DNA from: Candidatus Atabeyarchaeum deiterrae
GTDB taxonomy: Archaea; Asgardarchaeota; Atabeyarchaeia; Atabeyarchaeales; Atabeyarchaeaceae
Assembly (NCBI GenBank): GCA_037310415.1
Contig: CP147780.1
Location: 1,440,001 to 1,504,000, forward strand
Direction of reading: 5' to 3'
Length of the DNA: 64,000 nt
Part shown: positions 40,262 to 49,193 of the stretch, piece after piece
How the letters are laid out: every line of letters begins with the position of its first letter
Position numbering within the stretch: the stretch's first letter is position 1
Notes under the pieces: model-generated
Database searches by the model: none
The model's input: only the letters and a program-made list of their open reading frames with translations
Told to the model about the DNA's origin: nothing
Made by a program: the position numbers and the translations under genes

Positions 40262-41500
40262 CTAAATCTGTGGTGCATCCTTTCCTTCATATTTCAAGCG
40301 GAAACCTGTGTCTTTTCCAGCGCACTCCTTAATGACAGCGCTACCGGAAACAATCCTCTGGACCTCATTTGTGCCTTCATAGATTTGCAGAAGCTTGGCT
40401 CCACGAAGTATCTGCTCCGCTGGGTACTCCCTCATGTATCCATAGCCACCCATTATCTGCATACAGTCAACTGCGTTCTGCATCGCTGAATCCCCTGCGA
40501 ACGTTTTGGCGAAAGCCGACTCCTTGGAGTTCGGCAATTTGTGGTCCGCAAGCCAAGCCGCATATCGCGTCAACCACCTGGCCGCCTCAGCCCTAGTAGC
40601 CATGTCGGCCACCTTGAAACTTATGCCCTGGAAATTGGCAATCGGCTGCCCAAACTGCTTTCTCGCACTACAGAACTTTGCTGCTTCATCAACAGCGCGC
40701 TGAGCAACACCAGTCGCTATTGCCGCAATGGCTGCCCTTGTCTTGTCTAAGGTCATCATGGCCAACTTGAAACCCATACCCTGTTCGCCAACGAGGCAGT
40801 CCTCAGGAACTCTGACGTCCTTGAATATTACTTCACTTTGGACAGAAGCTTTCTGCCCCAGCTTGCGCTCAATGTGACCAATCTCGACGCCCGGGAGATC
40901 TGCTGGAACAATGAATACTGAGATTCCCTTGTGCTTCAACTCAGGATTCGTAGTGGCGAACACAGAGAAGAGCGACGCAACAGGAGCGCTCGTGATAAAG
41001 CACTTCATGCCATTGATAACCCACTCATCTCGGTCTTTGACTGCCTTAGTTTGAACGCTTGCGGCGTCAGATCCCGACATGCGCTCAGTCAGACCGAAAC
41101 CGGCTAGTTTTACTTCCTTCCCTGTGACCAATGGCTTGATGTATTTCTTCAGCTGATCCATTGTGGCCCCAAGAAGAATCGGTGCAAAGGCAAGATTATT
41201 GCAGGCAACTGAAGTCGCTACGCCTGCGTCACCGTAGCCCACCGCTTCAGTAACAAGGGCTTCTTCAACGAGTGTCCGTTCGGGACCGCCGGCAGCTTTC
41301 GGTACGTGAAGGTTCATGAGCCCCATTTCATATGCTTTCTGAATGACTTCCATGGGGAAGTCGTCCTTGTCATCTAGTTCTTGCGCTCTTGGTGTAACGT
41401 ACTTGTAGGTGTATTCCTCGGCTTTCTTCTTGATATCTGACTCCTTGTCATCTAGAGCGAAATCCACCAACTGATAATCAACCTCCATTCCTACGTCCAA
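40262..41500 (-). CDS. Acyl-CoA dehydrogenase
   Basis: FGLTE..SGSD, INGMKCFIT, RKQFGQPI, GGYGYMREYP and QIYEGTNEVQR. Confidence 0.97.
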   Translation of the reverse strand: MDVGMEVDYQLVDFALDDKESDIKKKAEEYTYKYVTPRAQELDDKDDFPMEVIQKAYEMGLMNLHVPKAAGGPERTLVEEALVTEAVGYGDAGVATSVACNNLAFAPILLGATMDQLKKYIKPLVTGKEVKLAGFGLTERMSGSDAASVQTKAVKDRDEWVINGMKCFITSAPVASLFSVFATTNPELKHKGISVFIVPADLPGVEIGHIERKLGQKASVQSEVIFKDVRVPEDCLVGEQGMGFKLAMMTLDKTRAAIAAIATGVAQRAVDEAAKFCSARKQFGQPIANFQGISFKVADMATRAEAARWLTRYAAWLADHKLPNSKESAFAKTFAGDSAMQNAVDCMQIMGGYGYMREYPAEQILRGAKLLQIYEGTNEVQRIVSGSAVIKECAGKDTGFRLKYEGKDAPQI

Positions 41501-41593
41501 TCGGAAGCATTCTCGATTTGGTCATAGAAATACTGTTACACTATCCGTGTTCATTAAACCATCCTTTTAAGCGTTTAGCAAGCAAGACACGAT

Positions 41594-42244
41594 CTAGTGA
41601 GCTATTGCCTTCATTATTGATTCCCTCACTTCATCTATTAATTGAGAACCATCTACGTCCCTCAGGAGTTTTCGCTTGGCATAGAACTTGAGGAGCGGCT
41701 TAGTCTGATCCGCATAGATTTTGAGTCTGTTTCTGACGACCTCCTTCTTGTCGTCGTCCCGCTGATACAGTTGCCCTCCACAAACATCGCATTTTTCATC
41801 GACTTTGGGAGGATTAGCTATGAGGCTATAGACTGCGTTGCATGATCTGCACACTCGTCTAGCTGCCGATCGCTTGACTAGCTCATCGTCACTCACCTTG
41901 AGATTTATCACATACGATAAGGGAGTTTTCCTCTCTGCAAGCAACTTGTCCAATGTCTCCGCTTGAGCAATCGTTCTTGGAAACCCGTCGAGTATGAATC
42001 CATTCGCACAGTCTTTCCGTTTGATTCTCTCCTCAATCATCCCTATTACAACCTCATCCGGTACAAGCGCCCCCTTACCCATGTAGTTCCGCGCTCTCTT
42101 ACCGAGTTCTGTCTCATTCTTCACTGCCGCTCTCAGGATATCTCCTGTCGATATCTGTGGAATGCCATACTTCTCAGAGAGAAAAGTGGCTTGGGTTCCC
42201 TTACCAGCCCCTGGGGGACCAAACATCACAAGAATCATCTGCAC
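41594..42244 (-). CDS. adk: Adenylate kinase (long, zinc-lid type)
   Basis: GPPGAGKGTQ, ISTGDILR, LDGFPRT and CxxC...CxxC lid. Confidence 0.97.
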   Translation of the reverse strand: MQMILVMFGPPGAGKGTQATFLSEKYGIPQISTGDILRAAVKNETELGKRARNYMGKGALVPDEVVIGMIEERIKRKDCANGFILDGFPRTIAQAETLDKLLAERKTPLSYVINLKVSDDELVKRSAARRVCRSCNAVYSLIANPPKVDEKCDVCGGQLYQRDDDKKEVVRNRLKIYADQTKPLLKFYAKRKLLRDVDGSQLIDEVRESIMKAIAH

Positions 42245-42552
42245 CTCTCTAACACACCACCTAATACGTCACTTCATAACCAGACAATTTCCGCAGAACT
42301 CAATACGAAAGTCTAATATGATTTGTCTTCTTTCGCGTACCCTTGTTGAAAGAATGAGTAGAAAGTACGAACAATATAAAGTTTCACGCTGTTCTTTCTC
42401 CTCCTTACAAGTGTGATCGGTGAAGGGTCTCGCTTTGCATCTTCAGTTACTGCATAATTCGGTGAAATGATGCTGGGAGCACGAACCCAGCGGACTTTCT
42501 CAGTTATTTTATATCTTGACTCGCCAATATACATAACGAGGACTGATGACAC

Positions 42553-43701
42553 GTGACAGAACACGTTGAGTTAATAGACAAGCATGTGGAATCGCTAAGT
42601 AAGCGCATCTCAAGCATTGCGTCACCCGTCAGGGTTGCGATAATGCCTGACTTCTTCTTAGACCATATCGTAACATATGATGGTTCATTCAAGTCTCTTC
42701 AAGAGCGGATGGAAGAGGTTGCAAACCAAGGTGGAGGCAATATTCCGCTCACTACACAGTGTGTTATGAGAGGCGGAAACTCCGTGAACTGTGTATCCGC
42801 TTTGGCGGCATTAGATGCTAATGTGTTTTTTGTAGGTCGTACGAGTGACCTCGGATTGCAGCTTCTGAAGTATTTTCTAAATCGTGAGAACGTTGACCTC
42901 TCTGGCGTGAAGACAGACGGGGAGCTTGCCTTGACTGTAGCTTTGGAAGCTAAGGTGCATGGGCGCAAGTCGAACGTCATGTTGAACTATCCAGGCTCCG
43001 TTAAGGATTTTGGACCTGATTCAATCACAAGCGAAGACTGGGAGAAGATATTGAAGGCAGACATGGTTTGTTGCTTCAACTGGCTACAAAACAAGATGGG
43101 CACCAAACTCGCGGAGTCCGTGTTTAGAAAGGTCAAAGCCGAAGGCGCAGGTAAGACATATTTCGATACATGCGACCCGTCATCCAGAAAAGATGAGATC
43201 GGCAAGGTCATGAGCGGAGTCCTAAAGAAACCTTTTGTCGACATCTTCGGAATGAATGAAAGCGAAGCATGCTGGTATGCAGGATTCTTCGACAAATCAT
43301 TAGATAAACGCAGAAAGACCGAAGATTTGAAGAAGCTCGCACTTGAGGCCGCACTACTTCTGTACAACAAACTCAAAATCCGGATAGATCTGCACACAAT
43401 GGACTACTCAGCCAGCTTCTCTCAAGGAAACAGGTATGTAGCTCCAAGCTTCGAAGTCGAAGCAAAACGTGTGACCGGAGCCGGAGATGCCTGGAATGCA
43501 GGAAATATATTCGGCGAACTTGTAGGAATGCCTCACATCGAGCGCCTGCTCTTCGCAAATGCCTCAGCAGCGTACTACATTCAAAGCGAGGACGGCAAGC
43601 ACGCAACAAGAAAGGACTTGGTTACCTTCATGCAAGAGGCGAAACCTGAGACAATGGGTATTACCAACATCGTGGAAGGCGAAGAGATAAAGGAGGAATA
43701 G
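42553..43701 (+). CDS. PfkB-family carbohydrate kinase
   Basis: GGNSVN, NESE and TGAGDAWNAG. Confidence 0.92.
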   Translation: MTEHVELIDKHVESLSKRISSIASPVRVAIMPDFFLDHIVTYDGSFKSLQERMEEVANQGGGNIPLTTQCVMRGGNSVNCVSALAALDANVFFVGRTSDLGLQLLKYFLNRENVDLSGVKTDGELALTVALEAKVHGRKSNVMLNYPGSVKDFGPDSITSEDWEKILKADMVCCFNWLQNKMGTKLAESVFRKVKAEGAGKTYFDTCDPSSRKDEIGKVMSGVLKKPFVDIFGMNESEACWYAGFFDKSLDKRRKTEDLKKLALEAALLLYNKLKIRIDLHTMDYSASFSQGNRYVAPSFEVEAKRVTGAGDAWNAGNIFGELVGMPHIERLLFANASAAYYIQSEDGKHATRKDLVTFMQEAKPETMGITNIVEGEEIKEE

Positions 43702-43899
43702 GTCGGCAGTTCAGTCAAGACAGTTCGTGACATTAATCTTGATACCGGAATGATCGTCACTCACAAACTCGAACGATGGCACTAGTTCGAGACATTAAGA
43801 GGTTCTGAGTCACGGCAAATTGGGGCCAATCACATCATGTACTTGGGGAGAGAACAAGTAAGAGTGAGAGACCAGCGATCGACTGTGAATGAATCGTTT

Positions 43900-45351
43900 C
43901 TATTCAATGTCAAGTATCTCCTTTACCAGTTTCTCCTTTTCTTCGAGATTCGCTTGTTTCGCAATCATGATCCTCTGTGCCTGAGGTGACCCCGCTCCGT
44001 GCAGAGATTCAGTTTTATAACTGAGAGAGGCGGTGCCCATGGAGATGTTCTCAAGGAATCTTAGGAGTTTGTAACGATTTTCTGGAGGCACATCATCGCA
44101 AGTTGAAAGGTACTTCTTCACTAGTGGTCCAATCTTTGGGTTATCGAAGTCTGCTTGTGAAGGCATTGTGCAGATGATGCCTCCGGCTAGGTCTTCTGCC
44201 AATCGCCCAATCTCGTAAGGGAATCTTGTGACGTTCTGTTTGTTAACATTTGCGAGTAACATGTCCATTTCATAGTTTCCTGCTTCCCGCTTAAAGCCTT
44301 TGACACTGCAGGCCAAACTACAGCTGAAGAGTGTCTCGTTGAGATGAACCATTTCGACAAGCTTGTCTTTAATGTGCGAGGCTTCTTCTACCCCATTGTA
44401 TCTTGCACTTAGGGCTGCTGCACCTATTAGAACATCCCCGACGCCAGTCTTGCAGGCATATGACTGTCTGTGGAAACCCGCAAATCGATTTACTAGTTCA
44501 CCCGTGAATTCAAATTCGCCTTGCATGAAGATCTGTTCTCTGGGAATAAACACATCGTCAAAGACAACGAATATCTCTTGCCCACCATATTTCCAGTTGC
44601 CTGCGTCTAACTTGTCTTCCTCCATTTTCCGAGTATCGGATGTCTGCCTGCCGTAGATCATGGTTATCCCTTTTTCATTTGTGTCCACTCCGAAACTCAC
44701 CGCATATCTTTCTTCTCCGGGTTTCATGGCTATCGTGGGCATCACGATTGCTCGGTGAGAATTCAAGAAACCAGTTTGGTGTATTTTGGCGCCGCGCACC
44801 ACGATTCCATCATCGCTTGAGTCGACGACGTGTAGATATGCATCTGGATCTGTCTGCTTGCTGGGCCTTTTGCTTCTATCCCCCTTCGTATCAGTCATCG
44901 ATCCAGCGACGAATAAATCCTGCGTCTGCACCTCAGTCCAGTATCTTCTGAATCTTTCATGGTAGCGGGAATCATATTTCTTGTCGATTTCCCAAGTTAT
45001 GCTGTAAAGGGCGTTTGCTGCATCGAAACCGACACATCGTTGAAAGCAACAGGCGGTCTTCTGTCCCACTAGTCGTTGCATTTCAACTTTCTTGACTAGG
45101 TCGTCCACTGATTGATGAATATGATTGAACCTGTTTATTGTCTCACCTGTCATGTGAGATTCAGTTGTCATCAGATTCCTATAGCGATCCATCTGAGCGA
45201 GTTCATAGGTTTTCTTCGCGGCATTAATGGATGGCTCTATGATCCTGTAGTATGGGTGTTTCCAAAACTGAGTGATCTTTTCCCCAAACATGTACAGATT
45301 AACTTCTCTCCGAATGCTCTCCAAGTATTGTTGAGGCGTTTTGAGCGGCAT
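43900..45351 (-). CDS. abfD: 4-hydroxybutyryl-CoA dehydratase / vinylacetyl-CoA isomerase
   Basis: CFQRC, MTDTKGDRS, HRQSYACKTG and ESLHGAGSPQAQRIMI; start at ATG 45351 after an SD-like GGTGG. Confidence 0.92.
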   Translation of the reverse strand: MPLKTPQQYLESIRREVNLYMFGEKITQFWKHPYYRIIEPSINAAKKTYELAQMDRYRNLMTTESHMTGETINRFNHIHQSVDDLVKKVEMQRLVGQKTACCFQRCVGFDAANALYSITWEIDKKYDSRYHERFRRYWTEVQTQDLFVAGSMTDTKGDRSKRPSKQTDPDAYLHVVDSSDDGIVVRGAKIHQTGFLNSHRAIVMPTIAMKPGEERYAVSFGVDTNEKGITMIYGRQTSDTRKMEEDKLDAGNWKYGGQEIFVVFDDVFIPREQIFMQGEFEFTGELVNRFAGFHRQSYACKTGVGDVLIGAAALSARYNGVEEASHIKDKLVEMVHLNETLFSCSLACSVKGFKREAGNYEMDMLLANVNKQNVTRFPYEIGRLAEDLAGGIICTMPSQADFDNPKIGPLVKKYLSTCDDVPPENRYKLLRFLENISMGTASLSYKTESLHGAGSPQAQRIMIAKQANLEEKEKLVKEILDIE

Positions 45352-45405
45352 ATTCAACCACCAAGCTGAATTTATCTGCATTGTAGGGGACCAATAATGT
45401 TTTAT

Positions 45406-46639
45406 TGGTCATCTAGCAAGAAGACCACCCCACTTGTAGGGTGGATGAATTGCGTTGGGAATAAGATGGTTTAGTTAAATGTGGGTGATGCTTAGTTGTT
45501 AAGCATGTTCAGAACTATTAAGGTTGCTCTCCCCGGTGACCCTGCTCTGGTTGAGACAGCGCTCGTATTCAACAAGGCTTGCCAAATAGTTCTGAACTAC
45601 GGCTCTCAACACAGAACCTACAACAAGAACGCCTTGAATAAGGCAACGTACCGCCAAGTGCGGGAAGCCTTGCCGAGACTGTCCTCTGCACTCGTTCAGA
45701 CTGCAAGAGATGAAGCCTCAGAAGTGCTGAAGAGAACAGACTGCGCCGCCTCAGTCAAGAAGCGCCTATCCGTTCGCTACGACAACCGCACCTTCAAGTT
45801 CTACCCCGACTCAGACAAGGTGTCGCTGACTACTGTCAGCGGTCGCCTGAGCTTTCCCTTCAAACACTATGACTACTTGGACACTTGGAGAGGAGAGTAC
45901 ACAAGCGCGCAGCTACTCGTCCGATGCGGCAGAGTATTCCTCAACGTTCAGGTGAAGATGCCGGACGTGAAAGAGAATGCGGCTGGCAAGGTTTTAGGCA
46001 TCGACAGAGGCATACTCAGGATTGCAGTCTGCTCGGACAACACCTTCTATGCTTCCGGGAATTTGAGGGCTGTGAAGGGGCGCTACCAGCACCTTGGGCG
46101 GAGGCTTCAGCGCGTAGGCACTCGCTCCGCCCGCCGTAAGCTGCGGAGGCTCTCGGGGCGAGAGAGACGGTTTGCGCTGAACACTAACCACTGTATATCC
46201 AAAGCCATAGTGAATAAGAAGGGGTTTGACGTATTCGCCCTGGAAAACCTCCGTATCAAGAGAAGGAAGATGAATGGGAGACGGTTTAACAGGTTGTTGG
46301 GCTCCTGGTCGCCTAATGAGTTGCGTCGCCTCCTAGTCTACAAGGCGGAGGCAAAAGGAAAGATTGTTGTTGAGGTTAACCCTCGACATACTTCTCAGCG
46401 TTGTTCGCGTTGCGGCTATGTCAGCAAGTTGAATAGGCGTGGGTTGGATTTTCACTGCGTCGTCTGCGGCTTCGCGTTGAATGCGGATTTGAACGCGGCG
46501 CGGAACATCGGGGCACTTGGCAAGTCTGAGTACCTCAGGCTCTTCGTCAACGAGCCAATAGTAGCGCTAGGTGAAGCCTCGCCTGTGGGCGTGGTGGACG
46601 GCAGCTGCAAGCCACCTAACTTGTTAGGTGGCAGTTGAC
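45406..46639 (+). mobile_element. IS200/IS605-family tnpB-only element 2
   Basis: Left end: TTAT|15 nt|AAGA then CCACCC...GGGTGG hairpin. Right end: CAAG, CCACCTAA-cttg-TTAGGTGG hairpin, TGAC. No tnpA. Confidence 0.85.
45496..46638 (+). CDS. tnpB: RNA-guided endonuclease TnpB
   Basis: GIDRG, FALENL, CSRC...CVVC and NADLNAARNI; start 45496 or ATG 45505. Confidence 0.94.
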   Translation: MLSMFRTIKVALPGDPALVETALVFNKACQIVLNYGSQHRTYNKNALNKATYRQVREALPRLSSALVQTARDEASEVLKRTDCAASVKKRLSVRYDNRTFKFYPDSDKVSLTTVSGRLSFPFKHYDYLDTWRGEYTSAQLLVRCGRVFLNVQVKMPDVKENAAGKVLGIDRGILRIAVCSDNTFYASGNLRAVKGRYQHLGRRLQRVGTRSARRKLRRLSGRERRFALNTNHCISKAIVNKKGFDVFALENLRIKRRKMNGRRFNRLLGSWSPNELRRLLVYKAEAKGKIVVEVNPRHTSQRCSRCGYVSKLNRRGLDFHCVVCGFALNADLNAARNIGALGKSEYLRLFVNEPIVALGEASPVGVVDGSCKPPNLLGGS

Positions 46640-46717
46640 TAAGTCTCGCTTGCGCTCCACTGTAAACTAATCTTAGAGAAACAAGGCAGAAAAAAGACAT
46701 CTGGTCAACTTTTGTTC

Positions 46718-47569
46718 CTAGGCTTTGGTCACTAATGCGCTAGCGAACGCTATCGCTGAAACGTACTCGTCTATCGGTCCAACCCGCGAGGTGTCTACAA
46801 CGGGTTTTGGCAGTCCAAGGAAGGGAGCTCCGCATGATCCTCCTGCTCCAAGGTGGATCAAGGTGCGATAGATCAGGTTTCCAGAAATCCCATCGGGAGC
46901 GATTATCAGGTTGGCTTTATCGGCGATTGCATTCTCGATTAGTATTTCGTAGTGTTTGATGTCTGTATCACCGATTTCACGTTTAGCTTCCTTCACTACG
47001 TTCTCAGCTTCCTTGATAGTGTTGTCAACCCTCTTGTCACGACCGACGTCACTTGTTCTTCCACCAGACAGCACAGCCACCTTCGGCACATTTCCCAACG
47101 ACTGGATTAGCTTTACTCCCTCACTTATGAAATAGACTTTCTCTTTCACAGTTCTCCCTTCATCTATTCCAATAGGGGCGAAAAAGAACCTATGACTACC
47201 AGAGGTTTCCAGTAGTGCTAGACGTGCTAAGAATGAGAGCCTGAATTTGGATTTCAGCGCAGCCAGCATTTTGTTCGCATCGAGAGACCCCCGCACTATT
47301 CCGTTTACCTCTCCATCAAGGAGTTTGATCAGATCGGTTTCGGGATCTTCGCTGACAATGGATACGAGGGATGTATCAACAGCCCCTATCTCTTCGAACG
47401 TTTCACTTGTTGCAACTATCAATATGCGTTTCGCGTAGCCATTCCATTGAGCTCGCATGGCCGAATCCACAGTCTTCTTGGCATGGTCAACGAGGCCTGA
47501 GACACCAATCCCTATGATTCCTGGCACTTTCTGGGCCATCTTGAAAATGTTCTCTAGCATATTTACCAC
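46718..47569 (-). CDS. mtxX: MtxX / methanogenesis marker 4 family (phosphate acyltransferase-like fold)
   Basis: VRGSL, FFAPIGIDEG, LSGGR..DVGR, ILIE, APDGISGNLIYRTL and VDTSR. Confidence 0.85.
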   Translation of the reverse strand: MVNMLENIFKMAQKVPGIIGIGVSGLVDHAKKTVDSAMRAQWNGYAKRILIVATSETFEEIGAVDTSLVSIVSEDPETDLIKLLDGEVNGIVRGSLDANKMLAALKSKFRLSFLARLALLETSGSHRFFFAPIGIDEGRTVKEKVYFISEGVKLIQSLGNVPKVAVLSGGRTSDVGRDKRVDNTIKEAENVVKEAKREIGDTDIKHYEILIENAIADKANLIIAPDGISGNLIYRTLIHLGAGGSCGAPFLGLPKPVVDTSRVGPIDEYVSAIAFASALVTKA

Positions 47570-47808
47570 TTCCGAAGATTCGAAATCTGGGCGATCATTG
47601 TAGGAAGTTCATGAGTGACGACCGCATTTTCTGTTCTCAGATATCTCCTTATGAGATTACCTGACTTTTCTCACCAATTCCGTTAATGTTTTCTACAAAC
47701 ACGCTTAAAAACTATAAGCCAACTCTTAAATGTCAGGACACTTAGTTAGGAATACGCGTAGTCCCTCCACCTTAGTAATGGATCAACGTGGAATAGGTGA
47801 CTTAAGGC

Positions 47809-49017
47809 ATGACTACTAATAATAGAGACCCAGTGTCTTTTCTCCGACAAGAGTACCAGGCTCTTGTTGACCAAGAACTGGATTGGAGACTTCGAATTCT
47901 TGAAGGTCCAAGTTCAACAAGGTGTATCGTCGACGGCAAGAAGGTGCTAATGTTATGTTCAAACAATTATCTCTCTCTTAGCACACATCCAAAGTTGAAG
48001 GAAGCCGCCATAAGGGCCATTCGAACTTATGGAGTAGGATCTGGCTCAGTTAGGCCCATAGCAGGCAACATGGATCTACACGTTGAACTTGAGAAAAGGC
48101 TCGCTGCATTCAAACAGGCTGAGGCGTCGCTCGTTTACACGAGTGGCTTCACAGCCAACTCCGGTCTGATACCCCAACTTGTCGGTAAGGAAGACCTCAT
48201 TATAAGTGATGAGCTGAACCACGGTAGCATCATCGACGGGGTAAGACTCTCAACTGCTGAAAGAGCAATCTATAGACACAGAGACGTCTCAGACCTTGAG
48301 AGAGTACTCGGAGAGGCAGAGAAACATACGCCCACCTATAGGAGAATCCTCATCATAACTGACGGCGTTTTCTCGATGGACGGGGACATAGCGCCCCTCG
48401 ACGGGATCGCAAAGGCAGCTGAAGAACACGGCGCAATGGTGTACGTCGACGATGCACATGGAGAAGCGGTCCTAGGTGAGGGCGGACGAGGCATAGTCTC
48501 ACACTTTCATCTTGATCATAGAAGAGTTCACGTTGAGATGGGAACATTCTCAAAGGCCTTTGGGGTCCTTGGAGGACACGTGAACGGAAGTAGGGATCTC
48601 ATCAACTTTGCATACAACAAATCAAGAACTTGGCTCCTTACAGGATCGCATCCCCCTCCTGTTGCGGCAGCATGCATAGCAGCAATAGATGTGTTAGAGA
48701 AAGAGCCTGGACACGTTAAGACGCTTTGGGATAACACGAACTACTTCAAGAGTGCGTTGAACAGCTTTGGCTTCAACACGGGTGGAAGCCAAACGCCAAT
48801 AACGCCTGCGATCATAGGTGAGAACACGAAAGCGAAACAGTTTAGTAAGATGCTTTTCGAAGAAGGCGTATTTGCCTTGCCAATAATATACCCGATGGTA
48901 CCGAAGGGAACTGCTAGAATCAGAACAATAATGAACTCGGCCCTATCGAAGAAAGACTTGGACGAAGCGCTGGCGGCATTCGAAAAAGTGGGAAAAGCAC
49001 TCCATGTGATATTGTAG
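47809..49017 (+). CDS. kbl: Glycine C-acetyltransferase (2-amino-3-ketobutyrate CoA ligase)
   Basis: CSNNYL, DELNHGSIIDG, TDGVFSMDGD, VDDAHG and GTFSKAFG; adjacent to tdh. Confidence 0.88.
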   Translation: MTTNNRDPVSFLRQEYQALVDQELDWRLRILEGPSSTRCIVDGKKVLMLCSNNYLSLSTHPKLKEAAIRAIRTYGVGSGSVRPIAGNMDLHVELEKRLAAFKQAEASLVYTSGFTANSGLIPQLVGKEDLIISDELNHGSIIDGVRLSTAERAIYRHRDVSDLERVLGEAEKHTPTYRRILIITDGVFSMDGDIAPLDGIAKAAEEHGAMVYVDDAHGEAVLGEGGRGIVSHFHLDHRRVHVEMGTFSKAFGVLGGHVNGSRDLINFAYNKSRTWLLTGSHPPPVAAACIAAIDVLEKEPGHVKTLWDNTNYFKSALNSFGFNTGGSQTPITPAIIGENTKAKQFSKMLFEEGVFALPIIYPMVPKGTARIRTIMNSALSKKDLDEALAAFEKVGKALHVIL

Positions 49018-49163
49018 TTGAAACCAGAAAGCTCTCCAATTGATAAGTTACTTGCCATAACTCTCCTCCACTTTTCTTGAAAGAAGCATTGGACGGCGGT
49101 TGAACGCCTCTGCCTCCACTCGCGAGAACCAAGCAGCCTCCTCAACTTCCGTAGATTCTGGAG

Positions 49164-49191
49164 ACTCCCTCGGGGTTTCCCAGAGGGGGAG
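49164..49191. terminator. GC-rich hairpin directly after tdh stop
   Basis: CTCCCTCGGGG-TTT-CCCAGAGGGGGAG imperfect stem between the convergent kbl and tdh genes. Confidence 0.4.
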
Positions 49192-49193
49192 AA

